Shown here: positions 1 to 10,300 of the stretch, one piece after another | Layout of the letters: each line of letters begins with the position of its first letter | Numbering within the stretch: the stretch's first letter is position 1 | Source: Helicobacter anseris | Lineage (GTDB): Bacteria; Campylobacterota; Campylobacteria; Campylobacterales; Helicobacteraceae | DNA: 64,000 nt | Direction: 5' to 3' | Assembly (NCBI RefSeq): GCF_003364335.1 | Contig: NZ_NXLX01000001.1 | Location: 1-64,000, forward strand | The notes under the pieces: generated by a model | Told to the model about the DNA's origin: nothing | Databases searched by the model: none | Seen by the model: the letters and a program-made list of their open reading frames with translations, nothing else | Position numbers and translations under genes: made by a program

Positions 1-362
1 CCAGTCAGAAATCCCCTCAAAAAATTCATTTGGTTCTTTGGAAAAAGGAATAAAAAAACCAGTGAGATCAGTGATTAAAGATGTATCAATATTTTTGCAG
101 CTATTTGAAGTTCTTAACCAAGCTGCTAATTCTTTGGTATTTTGAGGTTGTATCTGTCCATCTTTATTAGTTCTGTTTTTTGAAAAAAATTCCCTTACTT
201 TTCTAGCTTTTTCTCTTGCTTTACTGTCATATCCATAAAAGAGTGTAATAAAGAAAATTGCACAGCAAACTAGGATAATAGATAATTCTCCTAGTGTATT
301 TTTTCTTCTGTAGCTCCTAGAAATGAAGTTATAATTAGTATTGTTAAAAATATTTTTTTCAT
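1..362 (-). CDS. Partial CDS (C-terminus off window): hypothetical membrane-anchored protein
   Basis: ATG at 362-360 on the minus strand, with an AAAGGA RBS 5 nt upstream. The reading frame is open to position 1 (MEKNIFNNTNYNF...ILVCCAIFFITLF...), with a hydrophobic segment near the N-terminus. It is absent from the ORF track because no stop lies inside the window. Confidence 0.45.
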
Positions 363-405
363 TTTATCCTTTCGGCAATAAATCTATCGCTTTAGACATA
401 TCTAG

Positions 406-1830
406 TTAGCAAGAATAAGTAGAGATAAACTCAAATGGATGAGGTCTAGCTTCCCAAGGCCAGATTTCAGTTTCAAACTTAAAGCTTTTATACACTTGGA
501 TAAATTCCTCACTAAAGACATTGCCTTCTTTGAGATAATCTCTATCAAGTAGCATTTCTTCAATCGCGGTTCTTAGAGTGTGTGGCATTTGCTTGATTCC
601 TTTTTCTCTAATCTCATCAAGGGTGAGTTCAAAAAGATTGATGTCCATAGGTTTTCCCGCATCTGTCTTCTTGTAAATACCATCAATCCCTGCCATCAAA
701 ATCGCACAAAATGCTAAATAAGGATTTGCAGAATTATCAGGGAATCTAAACTCTAATCTTGTGCTTTTGCCTTTGCTATTATAAGGGATTCTAACACTTG
801 CACTACGATTGTTTGCGGAGTAAGTAAGGATTGAAGGTGCTTCAAAACCAGGGATTAGTCTTTTAAAAGAGTTTGTTGAGGCATTGCTAAAAGCAGCTAC
901 GCTTCTAGCGTGTTTTAAGACTCCTCCCAAAAAGTTTAGTGCCATTTGGCTTAGATTTTGGTATCCATCTCCAGCAAAAAGATTTTGCCCATTTTTCCAA
1001 ATACTAATATGTGTATGCATACCATTGCCATTATCACCAAAAAGAGGTTTTGGCATAAATGTTGCAGTTTTTCCATTGAGATGTGCCACCATTTTTACAA
1101 CATATTTTAGTTTTTGCACATTATCAGCTGTTTCTAAAAGATTTCCAAATTTTACTCCAATTTCTCCTTGACCTTGTGCTACTTCGTGATGCACTACAAA
1201 AGTTTCAAGTCCCACTTGATGCAAAACTTTAACAATCTCTGCTCTAATATCCATCATTGTATCAATAGGAGGAACAGGGAAATACCCGCCTTTGGTTCCA
1301 GATCGATGCCCTATATTGATACCACTCTCAAAGCTTTTGTCTCGATTCCATTCTCCCTCTTCGCTATCAATTTCATAATATTGGCAATTGATAGCATCTT
1401 TGATTTTTACGCTATCAAAAATAAAAAATTCATTTTCAGCCCCCACAAAAACCTCATCTCCAATGCCACTGCTTTTGAGATATTCCATAGCTTTTTTTGC
1501 AATACTTCTAGGGCATTTTTCATAAGGGGCATTTTTGTAAATATCCCAAATATCACAAAAAACAACAGCAGTAGCATCAGCAGTAAAGGGGTCGATAAAA
1601 TAACGCACAAGATCAGGTTTTAGAATCATGTCGGATTTTTCTATGGGTTGCCAGCCTTTCATCGAACTAGCATCAAAGGGGATTCCATTTAAAAACATAT
1701 CTTCATCTACGGATTGAAAGTTGTAAGCTAAGTGATGCCAAGTTCCCTTGATATCACTAAATCTAAAGTCTATAAACTCTACTTCATTTTCTTTACAAAA
1801 GTCAAAAAATTCTTGGATTTGAACGTGCAT
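406..1830 (-). CDS. glnA: Glutamine synthetase type I
   Basis: 474 aa. Typical GSI N-terminal and catalytic regions (beta-grasp then catalytic domain; ...[10 protein letters not shown]..., ...[13 protein letters not shown]...). Full-length ORF. Confidence 0.96.
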   Translation of the reverse strand: MHVQIQEFFDFCKENEVEFIDFRFSDIKGTWHHLAYNFQSVDEDMFLNGIPFDASSMKGWQPIEKSDMILKPDLVRYFIDPFTADATAVVFCDIWDIYKNAPYEKCPRSIAKKAMEYLKSSGIGDEVFVGAENEFFIFDSVKIKDAINCQYYEIDSEEGEWNRDKSFESGINIGHRSGTKGGYFPVPPIDTMMDIRAEIVKVLHQVGLETFVVHHEVAQGQGEIGVKFGNLLETADNVQKLKYVVKMVAHLNGKTATFMPKPLFGDNGNGMHTHISIWKNGQNLFAGDGYQNLSQMALNFLGGVLKHARSVAAFSNASTNSFKRLIPGFEAPSILTYSANNRSASVRIPYNSKGKSTRLEFRFPDNSANPYLAFCAILMAGIDGIYKKTDAGKPMDINLFELTLDEIREKGIKQMPHTLRTAIEEMLLDRDYLKEGNVFSEEFIQVYKSFKFETEIWPWEARPHPFEFISTYSC

Positions 1831-1873
1831 AGTATTCCTTTAAATAAGAGTGCTATATTTTATCATTTTTGGT

Positions 1874-2344
1874 TCATTTGGAAGAATATCTATGATGTAT
1901 TTTTTTACAAAGGGCATTGCTAAGGGTACATTGTATTTTTAGGTTGGTTGTAAGGTCTTTAGGTGTGATATTAAATGTTGTTTGGAGGTTATTATTTGTT
2001 GCAATGATAAAGAGTTTTTCTTGATTAAGGATAAGGGAGCAAGATGGGGTATTTTGTGTGGCATATTTTTGAAAGATATTTTTAAGATCACTTAGAGTAT
2101 TTATGTGATGTGAAAAATAGGTTTTTGTAAAATGTAGAGAGATTTCATTTTGAAAGTTTAATAAAGCAGAGGAGAGATAGGTATCACACCTTTTTTCTTT
2201 AAAGAAATTTTTTTGGAATCCTAAGGTTATTAAGATTCCAAGGATTATTATCACAAATATAAGTTCAAGTGTGCTAAAGGCTTTAAAACTTGATAGTGTT
2301 GTTTTCAAGAGGGGTGATGAGGGTTTTGGGGTATTGTTTGGCAA
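1874..2344 (-). CDS. Prepilin-type N-terminal cleavage/methylation motif protein (pilin/pseudopilin-like)
   Basis: Contains ...KAFSTLELIFVIIILGILITLGF..., the class III signal-peptide/N-methylation motif (F-S/T-L-I/L-E followed by a hydrophobic helix). Several Cys in the C-terminal half. The start codon is uncertain (long leader if the first ATG is used). Overlaps the next gene by 62 nt in another frame. Confidence 0.55.
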   Translation of the reverse strand: MPNNTPKPSSPLLKTTLSSFKAFSTLELIFVIIILGILITLGFQKNFFKEKRCDTYLSSALLNFQNEISLHFTKTYFSHHINTLSDLKNIFQKYATQNTPSCSLILNQEKLFIIATNNNLQTTFNITPKDLTTNLKIQCTLSNALCKKIHHRYSSK

Positions 2345-2735
2345 GTTTTTGGCAAAGAGGAGTTTGGATAGTAGAATCTATTCTTACTACGAGATTTGTT
2401 TGATTAAAATCGATAAAAACGCAATTGTTGTTTGCGTCAATTGCTTGATTTTTAGCAAGTCTGATTCCAGTATTTGTGGCAATCCATCTTGATGAGCTTA
2501 ATCTTGCACTTTCCATAATCAAATCACCATTTAATTGAGTAGGGTTGATGTCTTCAACAAGATATTGTTGTTCTATAGTGCTCATAATAGTTTGAATGTC
2601 TGCAACAATAGCAGTATATTGTGCATCACTTCTTGTAAGTGAGAGTTTTGGTAGCGCAATACTTGCAATAATCCCTAAAATAACAATCACAAATACAAGT
2701 TCAATCATACTAAAGGCTTTTTGCATTTTTTTCAT
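2283..2735 (-). CDS. Prepilin-type N-terminal cleavage/methylation domain protein (type IV pilin-like)
   Basis: Starts MKKMQKAFSMIELVFVIVILGIIASIALP..., a short basic leader followed by FSMIELVFVI and a hydrophobic helix. Two C-terminal Cys (...NNCVFIDF...PLCQKL...) fit a pilin disulfide loop. Confidence 0.65.
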   Translation of the reverse strand: MKKMQKAFSMIELVFVIVILGIIASIALPKLSLTRSDAQYTAIVADIQTIMSTIEQQYLVEDINPTQLNGDLIMESARLSSSRWIATNTGIRLAKNQAIDANNNCVFIDFNQTNLVVRIDSTIQTPLCQKLAKQYPKTLITPLENNTIKF

Positions 2736-3421
2736 AGGATTGCATCTACCATGTGTTTTACAAAATTTGCAGAAGTTTTTGCAGATTTTTCTAAAAATTC
2801 ATCAAAGCTGATGTCTGCATTACCATCAGCACTATCACTAATAGATCTAAAAATACAAAATGGTATATTGAATAAATGGCAAGCCATACCAACAGAGGCT
2901 CCTTCCATTTCTACGGCATCAGCTTGAAAATTTTCTATAAGCCATTGTTTTTTATCTTGATTGTGTATAAATTGATCCCCAGAAGCAATAATTCCTTCTT
3001 TGAGAATAATGTTTTGATCTTTTGCAACCTCTCTTGCTATGGTATTGAGGCGTTCATCTGTGTGGATATATACACTGCTTTCAGGAATAAAGCCAAGAGG
3101 GTGCCCAAAAGCTGTGATATCAACATCGTGTTGGCAAAGCTTTGTGGCAAGCATCAAATCTCCCACTTTTAGGTTTTGATTTAATCCACCAGCAACACCA
3201 CTAAAAAGGATTTTTTGGCAACCAAAGTGTAATATCATTGTTGTGGCTGTGATACTAGAATGCACTTTTCCAATCTTGCTATAAGCAATAAAAATTTTAG
3301 AATTTTTGTAGGTAATTTCATAAAAAATATTGTTGGAAATTTGATGTGTAGTATATTGCTTAAAAATGTCTAATAATGGGGTGATTTCTTCTCTCATTGC
3401 CCCAATAATACCTATAATCAT
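2732..3421 (-). CDS. mtnN: 5'-methylthioadenosine/S-adenosylhomocysteine nucleosidase
   Basis: The MIIGIIGAMREEITPLL N-terminus is the MtnN/Pfs hallmark. 229 aa, PNP/UDP phosphorylase fold length. Adjacent to fabD as in H. pylori. Confidence 0.9.
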   Translation of the reverse strand: MIIGIIGAMREEITPLLDIFKQYTTHQISNNIFYEITYKNSKIFIAYSKIGKVHSSITATTMILHFGCQKILFSGVAGGLNQNLKVGDLMLATKLCQHDVDITAFGHPLGFIPESSVYIHTDERLNTIAREVAKDQNIILKEGIIASGDQFIHNQDKKQWLIENFQADAVEMEGASVGMACHLFNIPFCIFRSISDSADGNADISFDEFLEKSAKTSANFVKHMVDAIL

Positions 3422-3430
3422 TATATCCCC

Positions 3431-4354
3431 TTAAAGCGTTGCTAAAAAATCTTTTAGTGATGTGGTATCTGTAATGCTGAAGGTATTTTTTTGACTAAGG
3501 CGTTTGTTTAATCCTTTTAATACATTGCCACAACCAAATTCAATATAAGCATCAATTTGAGAATCAATTTTTTGGATACTTTGTTTGTAAAGAACAGGCT
3601 TTGTAAGCTGATCGCTCAGTAAGAGAATTGCATCTTGTTTGTTGTCATAGCTATTGGTAGTTGCATTAGAAATGACAGGCAGAGAAAAATTTTCTTTTAA
3701 CATTGGCTCAATCAACTTTGTAAAATCCTCAGTCATACTTGATAGGAGAGGGCAGTGGCTAGCAACAGACATTGGCAATAAAAGTGCTCTTTTTGCGCCA
3801 AGTTCTTTTAATGAACCCTCAACACTTGCTAAATCTGCTTTCTTCCCAGCTAGAACAATTTGTCCATCACCATTATAGTTAGCACACCAAATTGATTTGC
3901 CATTATTTTGTTGCTCTTGACAAAAATGTTCTAATTTTGCATCATCAAGCCCTACAATTACCATCATCCCAGCATCTTTTCCCTCACAGGCTTGTTGCAT
4001 TAACAAACCTCTCTTATGAGTTAGAATCAATGCATCTTCAAAACTTAATCCATTAGCAACACTTACAGCACTAATTTCTCCTAAAGAATGTCCTAGAGCC
4101 AGCTTTGCTAATAGTGGAGATTCTTCTTGTAAGATGGAGTGTGCAATATAGCTCACTAGGAAAATTGCAGGTTGGGTATATTGGGTTTGATTGATTTTTT
4201 CATTATCCTGAAAACAAAGCTCTTGCATATTAAAACCCAGAGTATCACTTGCTAAGTGAAAAAGCTCTTTTGCAAGTTCAAAGTTATCATAAAAGTCTTT
4301 TCCCATACCTATGGACTGGCTTCCTTGACCAGGAAAGATGAAGGCATAATTCAT
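3431..4354 (-). CDS. fabD: Malonyl-CoA:ACP transacylase
   Basis: FIFPGQGSQSIGMGKDFYD and the GHSLGEISAV active-site Ser motif. The track ORF starts at 4468, but the ATG at 4354 (MNYAFIFPGQGSQ) gives the canonical N-terminus. Confidence 0.92.
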   Translation of the reverse strand: MNYAFIFPGQGSQSIGMGKDFYDNFELAKELFHLASDTLGFNMQELCFQDNEKINQTQYTQPAIFLVSYIAHSILQEESPLLAKLALGHSLGEISAVSVANGLSFEDALILTHKRGLLMQQACEGKDAGMMVIVGLDDAKLEHFCQEQQNNGKSIWCANYNGDGQIVLAGKKADLASVEGSLKELGAKRALLLPMSVASHCPLLSSMTEDFTKLIEPMLKENFSLPVISNATTNSYDNKQDAILLLSDQLTKPVLYKQSIQKIDSQIDAYIEFGCGNVLKGLNKRLSQKNTFSITDTTSLKDFLATL

Positions 4355-4510
4355 TTGTTTCTTAATTCCTTTGTTTTTTATGAAATTTAAACATCCATTG
4401 TAGCAAAGTTCCTTTGAAATCCTTGCAAAATTTTGATTTTTTAAGTTATTTTTTATGAAACTTATCATAGAATGGTGCCTCTAGTTTATCAAGACTAGAT
4501 TCTATGGCTT

Positions 4511-4601
4511 GGACCGGTGGGTGAGTTGGCTGAAACCACATCCCTGCTAAGGATGCGTAGCCGCAAGGTTACCGAGGGTTCGAATCCCTCCCTGTCCGCC
4601 A
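4511..4601 (+). tRNA. tRNA-Ser (anticodon GCU), type II with long variable arm
   Basis: T-arm GAGGG-TTCGAAT-CCCTC. 3' end ...CCTGTCC-G-CCA at 4599-4601. Anticodon stem CATCC/GGATG with loop CTGCTAA (anticodon GCT). 3-bp D-stem GGT/ACC and a long variable arm, as in Ser tRNAs. The acceptor stem, as I folded it, has one C-U mismatch, so the 5' boundary is +/- 1-2 nt. Confidence 0.8.
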
Positions 4602-5768
4602 TTATTCTTTCTGACATCCTATCTGTAAAAAATCAATTTCTTTCATCCCTTTTTTATGCTCTAGTGCAAAGGCTCTTCCCTGTTTTGTATTGATGATTTC
4701 TTGTAATTTTTTTGTATTGATATATCCTTTTAAAAAAGAGTCTTTTTGCGAGATTTTTAAAAGCATTCTAGCATATGCTATATCACCTCCATGGAATCCA
4801 TCGTAGAATTCGCAATCAGTTGTATTAAGTGTAGAAGGATTAAAAAAGTTGTAAATATTTTTTTCTTTAGCATAAGAATCAATCGCATTAAGATAACTAT
4901 ATTGGTCTTTATATTGGTTTTGGATTGTTTTATAGATTGTTGGAGCTATTGGAGCTATATAAGTAATTACATGGATATTATGATCTTTTAAGATTTGTTG
5001 TATATGCTCAAGTTGTTTTATGCGATCAGATTCTATGGTTTGTGCATAGTAAAATGGGAACATTTGTTGTTGTAAACGATAGAAGGTATTCTCAAATTTT
5101 ATATCCGCAAAATTACCTAATCCGTAAATAGTTGAGGCATAAAAAGTGGAACCATCAGAAAAACTTCCATCGGAATTGTTAATAGCTCTAAGACCCAAAC
5201 TATCATAGTTGCTGTAAGGATTGGAAATAAAATTTTCTTTTAGAAACTTGGTAGATAAGGGGATTTTTCCTATCAAGAGGTATTTAAAAATATTTTTTAT
5301 TTTTTCTTGAGTAATATCCTTTCCTGTGAGTTCTTGATAAGAAGCATTTTTATAATTAGGGAAAGATTTTAGGAGCCACCAAGGATCTAAATTTAAAAAA
5401 ACTATTTTGGGTATATGAAAAGTTAGCATTTGCTGTATAAAAGCTTCCATTTCACTTGGTCTATTGCTACTATTTGTTGCAGCAATCATAGATTTATCAA
5501 AATAAATTTGTCTAAATAAACCAGCTCTTGAGGTTCCTATGATAACAATTTCTGGTTTTTTTTCTCTTATCATTTGAAGACGATAGGAATAGTAATTTTC
5601 ATTTAATGCAGATCCATAAATAGAATTATTTTTCATCTGTCTTTTTACAATCTCTTCATAGGTATTGTTTTCGTATAAAAAGCTTAAATACTTTAAGATC
5701 ATATAAAAAAATACAATAAAGCAAATTAGTGTGCCTATAAAAAGATACAGAAATTTTTTATAACTCAT
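4602..5768 (-). CDS. DltD/AlgJ/PatB-like periplasmic O-acyltransferase partner protein (N-terminal membrane anchor)
   Basis: 388 aa with a single N-terminal TM helix (LYLFIGTLICFIVFFYMIL) and a large extracytoplasmic domain. Lies immediately downstream of, and on the same strand as, an MBOAT gene. This is the conserved two-gene arrangement of AlgI-AlgJ, DltB-DltD and PatA-PatB. Family assignment is by context and architecture only. Confidence 0.5.
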   Translation of the reverse strand: MSYKKFLYLFIGTLICFIVFFYMILKYLSFLYENNTYEEIVKRQMKNNSIYGSALNENYYSYRLQMIREKKPEIVIIGTSRAGLFRQIYFDKSMIAATNSSNRPSEMEAFIQQMLTFHIPKIVFLNLDPWWLLKSFPNYKNASYQELTGKDITQEKIKNIFKYLLIGKIPLSTKFLKENFISNPYSNYDSLGLRAINNSDGSFSDGSTFYASTIYGLGNFADIKFENTFYRLQQQMFPFYYAQTIESDRIKQLEHIQQILKDHNIHVITYIAPIAPTIYKTIQNQYKDQYSYLNAIDSYAKEKNIYNFFNPSTLNTTDCEFYDGFHGGDIAYARMLLKISQKDSFLKGYINTKKLQEIINTKQGRAFALEHKKGMKEIDFLQIGCQKE

Positions 5769-5776
5769 AAGATTCC

Positions 5777-7249
5777 TTAAAAATCAAAATATAAAAATTG
5801 CGTTGCTTTGTTTAGATTGATGATACATAGGGTTGCTAAAAAGATTATAAAAAATAAATTTTTATAATTTGGTTTAAAATTATCTTTTAATTTTATGGAA
5901 TTTTTGAAAATTAGAATAATTATAAAAGCTAAGAAAATATAAGTTAAGAGAAACTTGGCTTCTTCTGGAGCAATATTTGCAAATGTTTCACCAAAGTGTA
6001 TCCCCCCCCCCCAGCTATTTTGAAAATACTTTGATAAGAATGCTGGTAGAGAAATTCCTCCAAAGCCAAGCATTCCTTTTAGCATGGTTATGGCTCCTTC
6101 AAAAGTTTGGGCTCTAAAAAATACCCAAGTAATATTGATAAAGTTAAAAGTAATTATCCATGCAATTATTTTTGGAAGTTTAATTTTTAATTTTTTTGAC
6201 CAAATATGATTGATAATAATACCTATACCATTGAGTAATCCAAAAATTATAAAATTCCATCCAGCTCCATGCCAAAATCCTGCTATTAAAAAAGTAATGA
6301 TAGTTGCAATCATGGCATTAGTAAAGGATATTTGCCTAAAACTCTTTAATAGAGGTGTGTAAATATAAGCTGTAATGAAATTTGTTAGTGATATATGCCA
6401 TCTTTTCCAAAAATCAATAATATTTGTGGCTTTAAGAGGAGAATTAAAATTAATCGGTAAGGCTATATTAAATAGCAAAGAGGCACCAATAGCCATATCA
6501 CAATATCCACTGAAATCAAAATAAAGTTGAAAGGCATAGGAATATACACTTGCCCAAGATTCAAGTAGATTTAACACCATTCCTTTTTCTACGCTTTCAT
6601 AACCCAAATTTGCCCAAATAGCAAACTGGTCAGCGATAATCACCTTTTTAAAAAGACCAATAAAAAATATGAAGAGACCCTTGGTGATATTTTCAAGATT
6701 TAAAAATTTTGTTTTTAGGCTTTTAAATTGAGGCATGATTTGCTTATGATGTAGAATTGGACCTGCAAGCAAATGTGGGAAATATGTTACAAACAAACTA
6801 TAATCAATAATGCTTCTATCTACAGATAATTTTTCATAACAATCTGTTAGATAAGCAATCTGAGTGATGGTAAAAAAACTAATTCCAAGAGGTAGTACTA
6901 TATGTAAAAGTGGCATATCAGTGTTAAAAATATGATTGACATTATCGATAAAAAAATCCATATATTTAAAATAACAGAGCAGTGTTATATTGAAGACTAA
7001 GCCTATAATGAACCACACCTTTCTTTTATTTAAAGAATTTATTATTTGTTGTGAAATGAGGTAGTTTGTGGTAATTGAGGCAAGAAGTAAGAATACATAG
7101 ATAAAATTCCACCATCCATAAAAAAATAAACTTGCTACGATAAGATATATTTTTGCTAGATTGATATATCGAAGTCTAATAAGAAGAAAATATAAAATAA
7201 AGCTGATTGGTAAAAAAGCAAAAATAAAGACATAAGAGTTAAAAAGCAT
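5777..7249 (-). CDS. Membrane-bound O-acyltransferase (MBOAT; AlgI/PatA/DltB-like)
   Basis: Multi-pass membrane protein starting MLFNSYVFIFAFLPISF (typical AlgI/PatA N-terminus). ...FWKRWHISL... and ...IAGFWHGAGWNF... carry the conserved MBOAT His. The likely start is the ATG at 7249 (AAGGA RBS); the track ORF begins 7 codons upstream. Contains a G11 homopolymer (6002-6012) in the coding sequence. Confidence 0.85.
   Translation of the reverse strand: MLFNSYVFIFAFLPISFILYFLLIRLRYINLAKIYLIVASLFFYGWWNFIYVFLLLASITTNYLISQQIINSLNKRKVWFIIGLVFNITLLCYFKYMDFFIDNVNHIFNTDMPLLHIVLPLGISFFTITQIAYLTDCYEKLSVDRSIIDYSLFVTYFPHLLAGPILHHKQIMPQFKSLKTKFLNLENITKGLFIFFIGLFKKVIIADQFAIWANLGYESVEKGMVLNLLESWASVYSYAFQLYFDFSGYCDMAIGASLLFNIALPINFNSPLKATNIIDFWKRWHISLTNFITAYIYTPLLKSFRQISFTNAMIATIITFLIAGFWHGAGWNFIIFGLLNGIGIIINHIWSKKLKIKLPKIIAWIITFNFINITWVFFRAQTFEGAITMLKGMLGFGGISLPAFLSKYFQNSWGGGIHFGETFANIAPEEAKFLLTYIFLAFIIILIFKNSIKLKDNFKPNYKNLFFIIFLATLCIINLNKATQFLYFDF
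6002..6012. repeat. Homopolymeric C11/G11 tract inside the MBOAT coding sequence
   Basis: 11 consecutive C on the plus strand, encoding ...SW-GGG-IHF... on the minus strand (TGG GGG GGG GGG). The frame is currently ON. Confidence 0.9.
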
Positions 7250-7327
7250 TGGTTTCCTTAGGACGCACAAAAAGTTTTAAACCATTGATTATAGCAGACG
7301 GCATAAATTTTTTAGTTCTTTTATTTT

Positions 7328-10300
7328 TTAAAATGCTTGTCGTAAGATGAGATTGAAGCTATATTCTATATTAAGTTTTCCAAAAAAAGTTCTCTCAAAT
7401 TCAAGTGCTAGTTTGGTATTGGTTGAAAAATTATAACTTGTTGAGAGATTGAGAAACATTCTAGAATCTTTAATGCCTTGATATGTGGTTGAGGTATAGG
7501 CATCTTGAATAATTTTTGTGCCATTGTTGATTAGATCTATAGCTCCGCCAATACCACCTCTAAGTGAGAAATGATTAAAATTATATCCAGAAAATAGTGC
7601 TGTTTTTAAGTGTAGAGGGATATAGGAGTTTGCATAAAGTGCAATATCTGAAGTATTGTCTTTAAAAGTTTGCTTGCCTAAAAATCCACTTATAAGCTCA
7701 ATTTGAGGTTCTAGGTAAAAATTTTTATGAAATTTTGATCTATATCCCAATTCGATACTTCCTAAAAATGCATACTGATTGTTGTTTGCATCTATTTTGA
7801 TAATCTCACTTCCATTATCAATGTTTAGATTAAAGTTGTTTTTGTAAAAAAGATATTTAAAAATAGTATCAATATAAATTCCATTGTGAAATAAAATACT
7901 TCCATAGATTCCTGTTCCAATAGAGGTGATATTACCACTAGATTGTGTTTTGTCGGAGAGTTGATAAATTGCTGTGCTGATTAGCCCTCCAATAAAAATC
8001 TCAAAATTATTAAAAGCTAGATGTGCGTCATTGCCAAGTTGAATTTCATAAAAATTAGTTTTAAAATCTGTAAGATAAGAGCTTCTACCACCATAGATTC
8101 TAGCCCAAGCCCCAATTTTAGATTCCTCATCTCTAAGCTCTCCCATACGCTTAAAAAGATTATTCCATTCCATCACATAGTTGAAATATCCCTGATTGAG
8201 TGCATTGTCTATCTCTTTTGTGGCTTGTGGATTTGATGAGGTTTGAAAATAAGAGCCTTGATTGTCTTTTTGCAGATACCATGCATAAGTAGAATTTTGC
8301 ACATCAAATGTAATATTAGGTTTAAGTTGCGATAAGCTTTTGTTGTAGGTTTCAAATGCAAAAAAATCTTTTTTTAATGCTGAGGCATTGGTAAGTTTAG
8401 CTAATGGTATTTTTGTATCATTAAGACTTTCTGTGGGATTGATAGAAATAGTGTTGTTTGCCCCACTTGCACTATTTGTAGATTCTATGATATTGCGATT
8501 ATTGTTTGTGATATCCAAAATAAAAGTGGAGTTATTGGCACTAAAGTTTTTTACTTTGATATTGCCTCTAGATATGCTATCTGTAAAATTTGCATTTGAG
8601 GTATTATCATCTGATATATTTCCCAAAAAGATTGCGTTATTAAGATTGATGGTGGAATTATTTTTGAGGGAAATATTAGATTCAAGAATAATATTAGTAT
8701 TTTTGATAGTTGTTTCGCTGAGCTGGGCTTGGTATTTGAATTCTGTATAGTAATCATCATATCTATCGCAATAATTTATGCACTGCACGCTTGTAATATT
8801 TTCTCCATCATATTTATCAAGATAGATTTTTGAGTTGCCAATATTGATTGTTGCGGTGGTTGCTGTGATGGTTTTTGCTTGGAGTGTTGTGTCTGAACTT
8901 TGATTCAAAGAAGTATTGCTAATTTGGATATCCTCAAAGATAAAAGTTCTTGATTCTCTATCACTAGCTCTTGTTGGAGAATCATAGACATTGCTATCAC
9001 CTATATTTGCATAGCCATTAGCCTGTGTGACATAGTTGTGGGTAGTAGGATGACTTTGGAAAGTGATGTTTTTTGAGCTTGTGAGATTTTTTATTTTAAG
9101 ATTACCATCAAAGACATAATCGCTATTTATCACTAGGTTGATATTGCCATTGAATTGTCCGTGGTAGATTTGCTGGGGATATAGGTTATTGGCATTTAGT
9201 GTGATAGTAGAGATTGTAGAATCTTTTAGATTTTGAATGTTTGCATTAATATCATTTGCATTGATGGTGTTAAAAGCAAGGCTTGCTCCATTGAGCTCAA
9301 GTGTGGCACCACCATTTCCAAAATAAATATAATTTGCATTCACTTGATTATTTTTGGTAAGAGTAATTTTTGCACCATTGATTGCATAGATAGAGCCAAA
9401 GCTAGTGCCATTTGATTGGATTTCTACTTCACCTTGCCCAATTCTTAGCTTGCCATTAGGGCTACTAGATGTAACGATGAGTTTTCCCTCACCCATTTTT
9501 ACTAAAGCATCTTTTTGTTTTGTTATTGCTTCATAGGTGAGTGTCGCCCCCTCTCCTATGACAACCCCAGCATGAACAAAAGTAAAATTTCCCTTGATGC
9601 TTGAGTTTGTATTATTGGCAAAATATAATCCACTAGCACCAAGATCAGCATTTTGCTGTAGAGTAATATTGCTAGATTTCTGAAAGATGTAATCCTTGCT
9701 CTCTTTAAGCTTGCTTAGTCTTGTTGTGCTATTTGTTATGGTGTCTAGAGTATCTGTAATTTTAGTATTTTTAGAATCTACGAATTGATTGTTATTGATA
9801 GTGAAGCTTGTTTCCTCAAGAATTTGAGTATGCACGTCTTTGTATTTAGTGATTAGAGCATTGTTGATGAGTGCATAATTTGTTGTGGAGCAGGCATAAG
9901 TATCGTTTGTGGTGCTACATCCATCGCTTACCCAAGAAGCTACAGCAATAATGTAGTATTCTTTTGTAAGATTATCATAAACATAAAGAGCACTCCCACT
10001 ATCGCCACCCCCAGCACTAATGGCAAAATCTTTATAGCTTCCATTATTATTTTTTGCACTTGATTTTATTTCTCCATCTTGAGTGGTAGAATAGCTATAT
10101 TCTTTGAGATCTACGACAAGACCACCAGTAAAAAACTTGTTTGCATCGGCTATTTTTTTATTTGAACCATTGGTATTTAATCCTTGCATACCAGTTCCAG
10201 ATCTTACAAATAAACTATATCTAGGATTGTTTAAAACTTCATTGATATTTCCATTATATGCAAAGCCTTGTCTCGCACCACTTTTTTCACTAAAAAAATC

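Noticed and set aside
884-1623. Plus-strand ORFs (884-1171, 1168-1623) and minus ORF 1407-1610 inside glnA
   Set aside because: Fully embedded in the antisense or alternate frames of a well-supported glnA; low-complexity translations, no RBS context. Treated as spurious. The same applies to the other short embedded ORFs in the track (for example 8021-8236, 9233-9415, 21357-21596, 32303-32500 and 49615-49899).
4511-4517. Possible mis-folded or pseudo tRNA because the acceptor stem shows one C-U mismatch
   Set aside because: All other tRNA-Ser features are intact (T-loop, CCA, GCU anticodon loop, 3-bp D-stem, long variable arm). A single acceptor mismatch or a 1-nt boundary error in my manual fold is more likely than a pseudogene.
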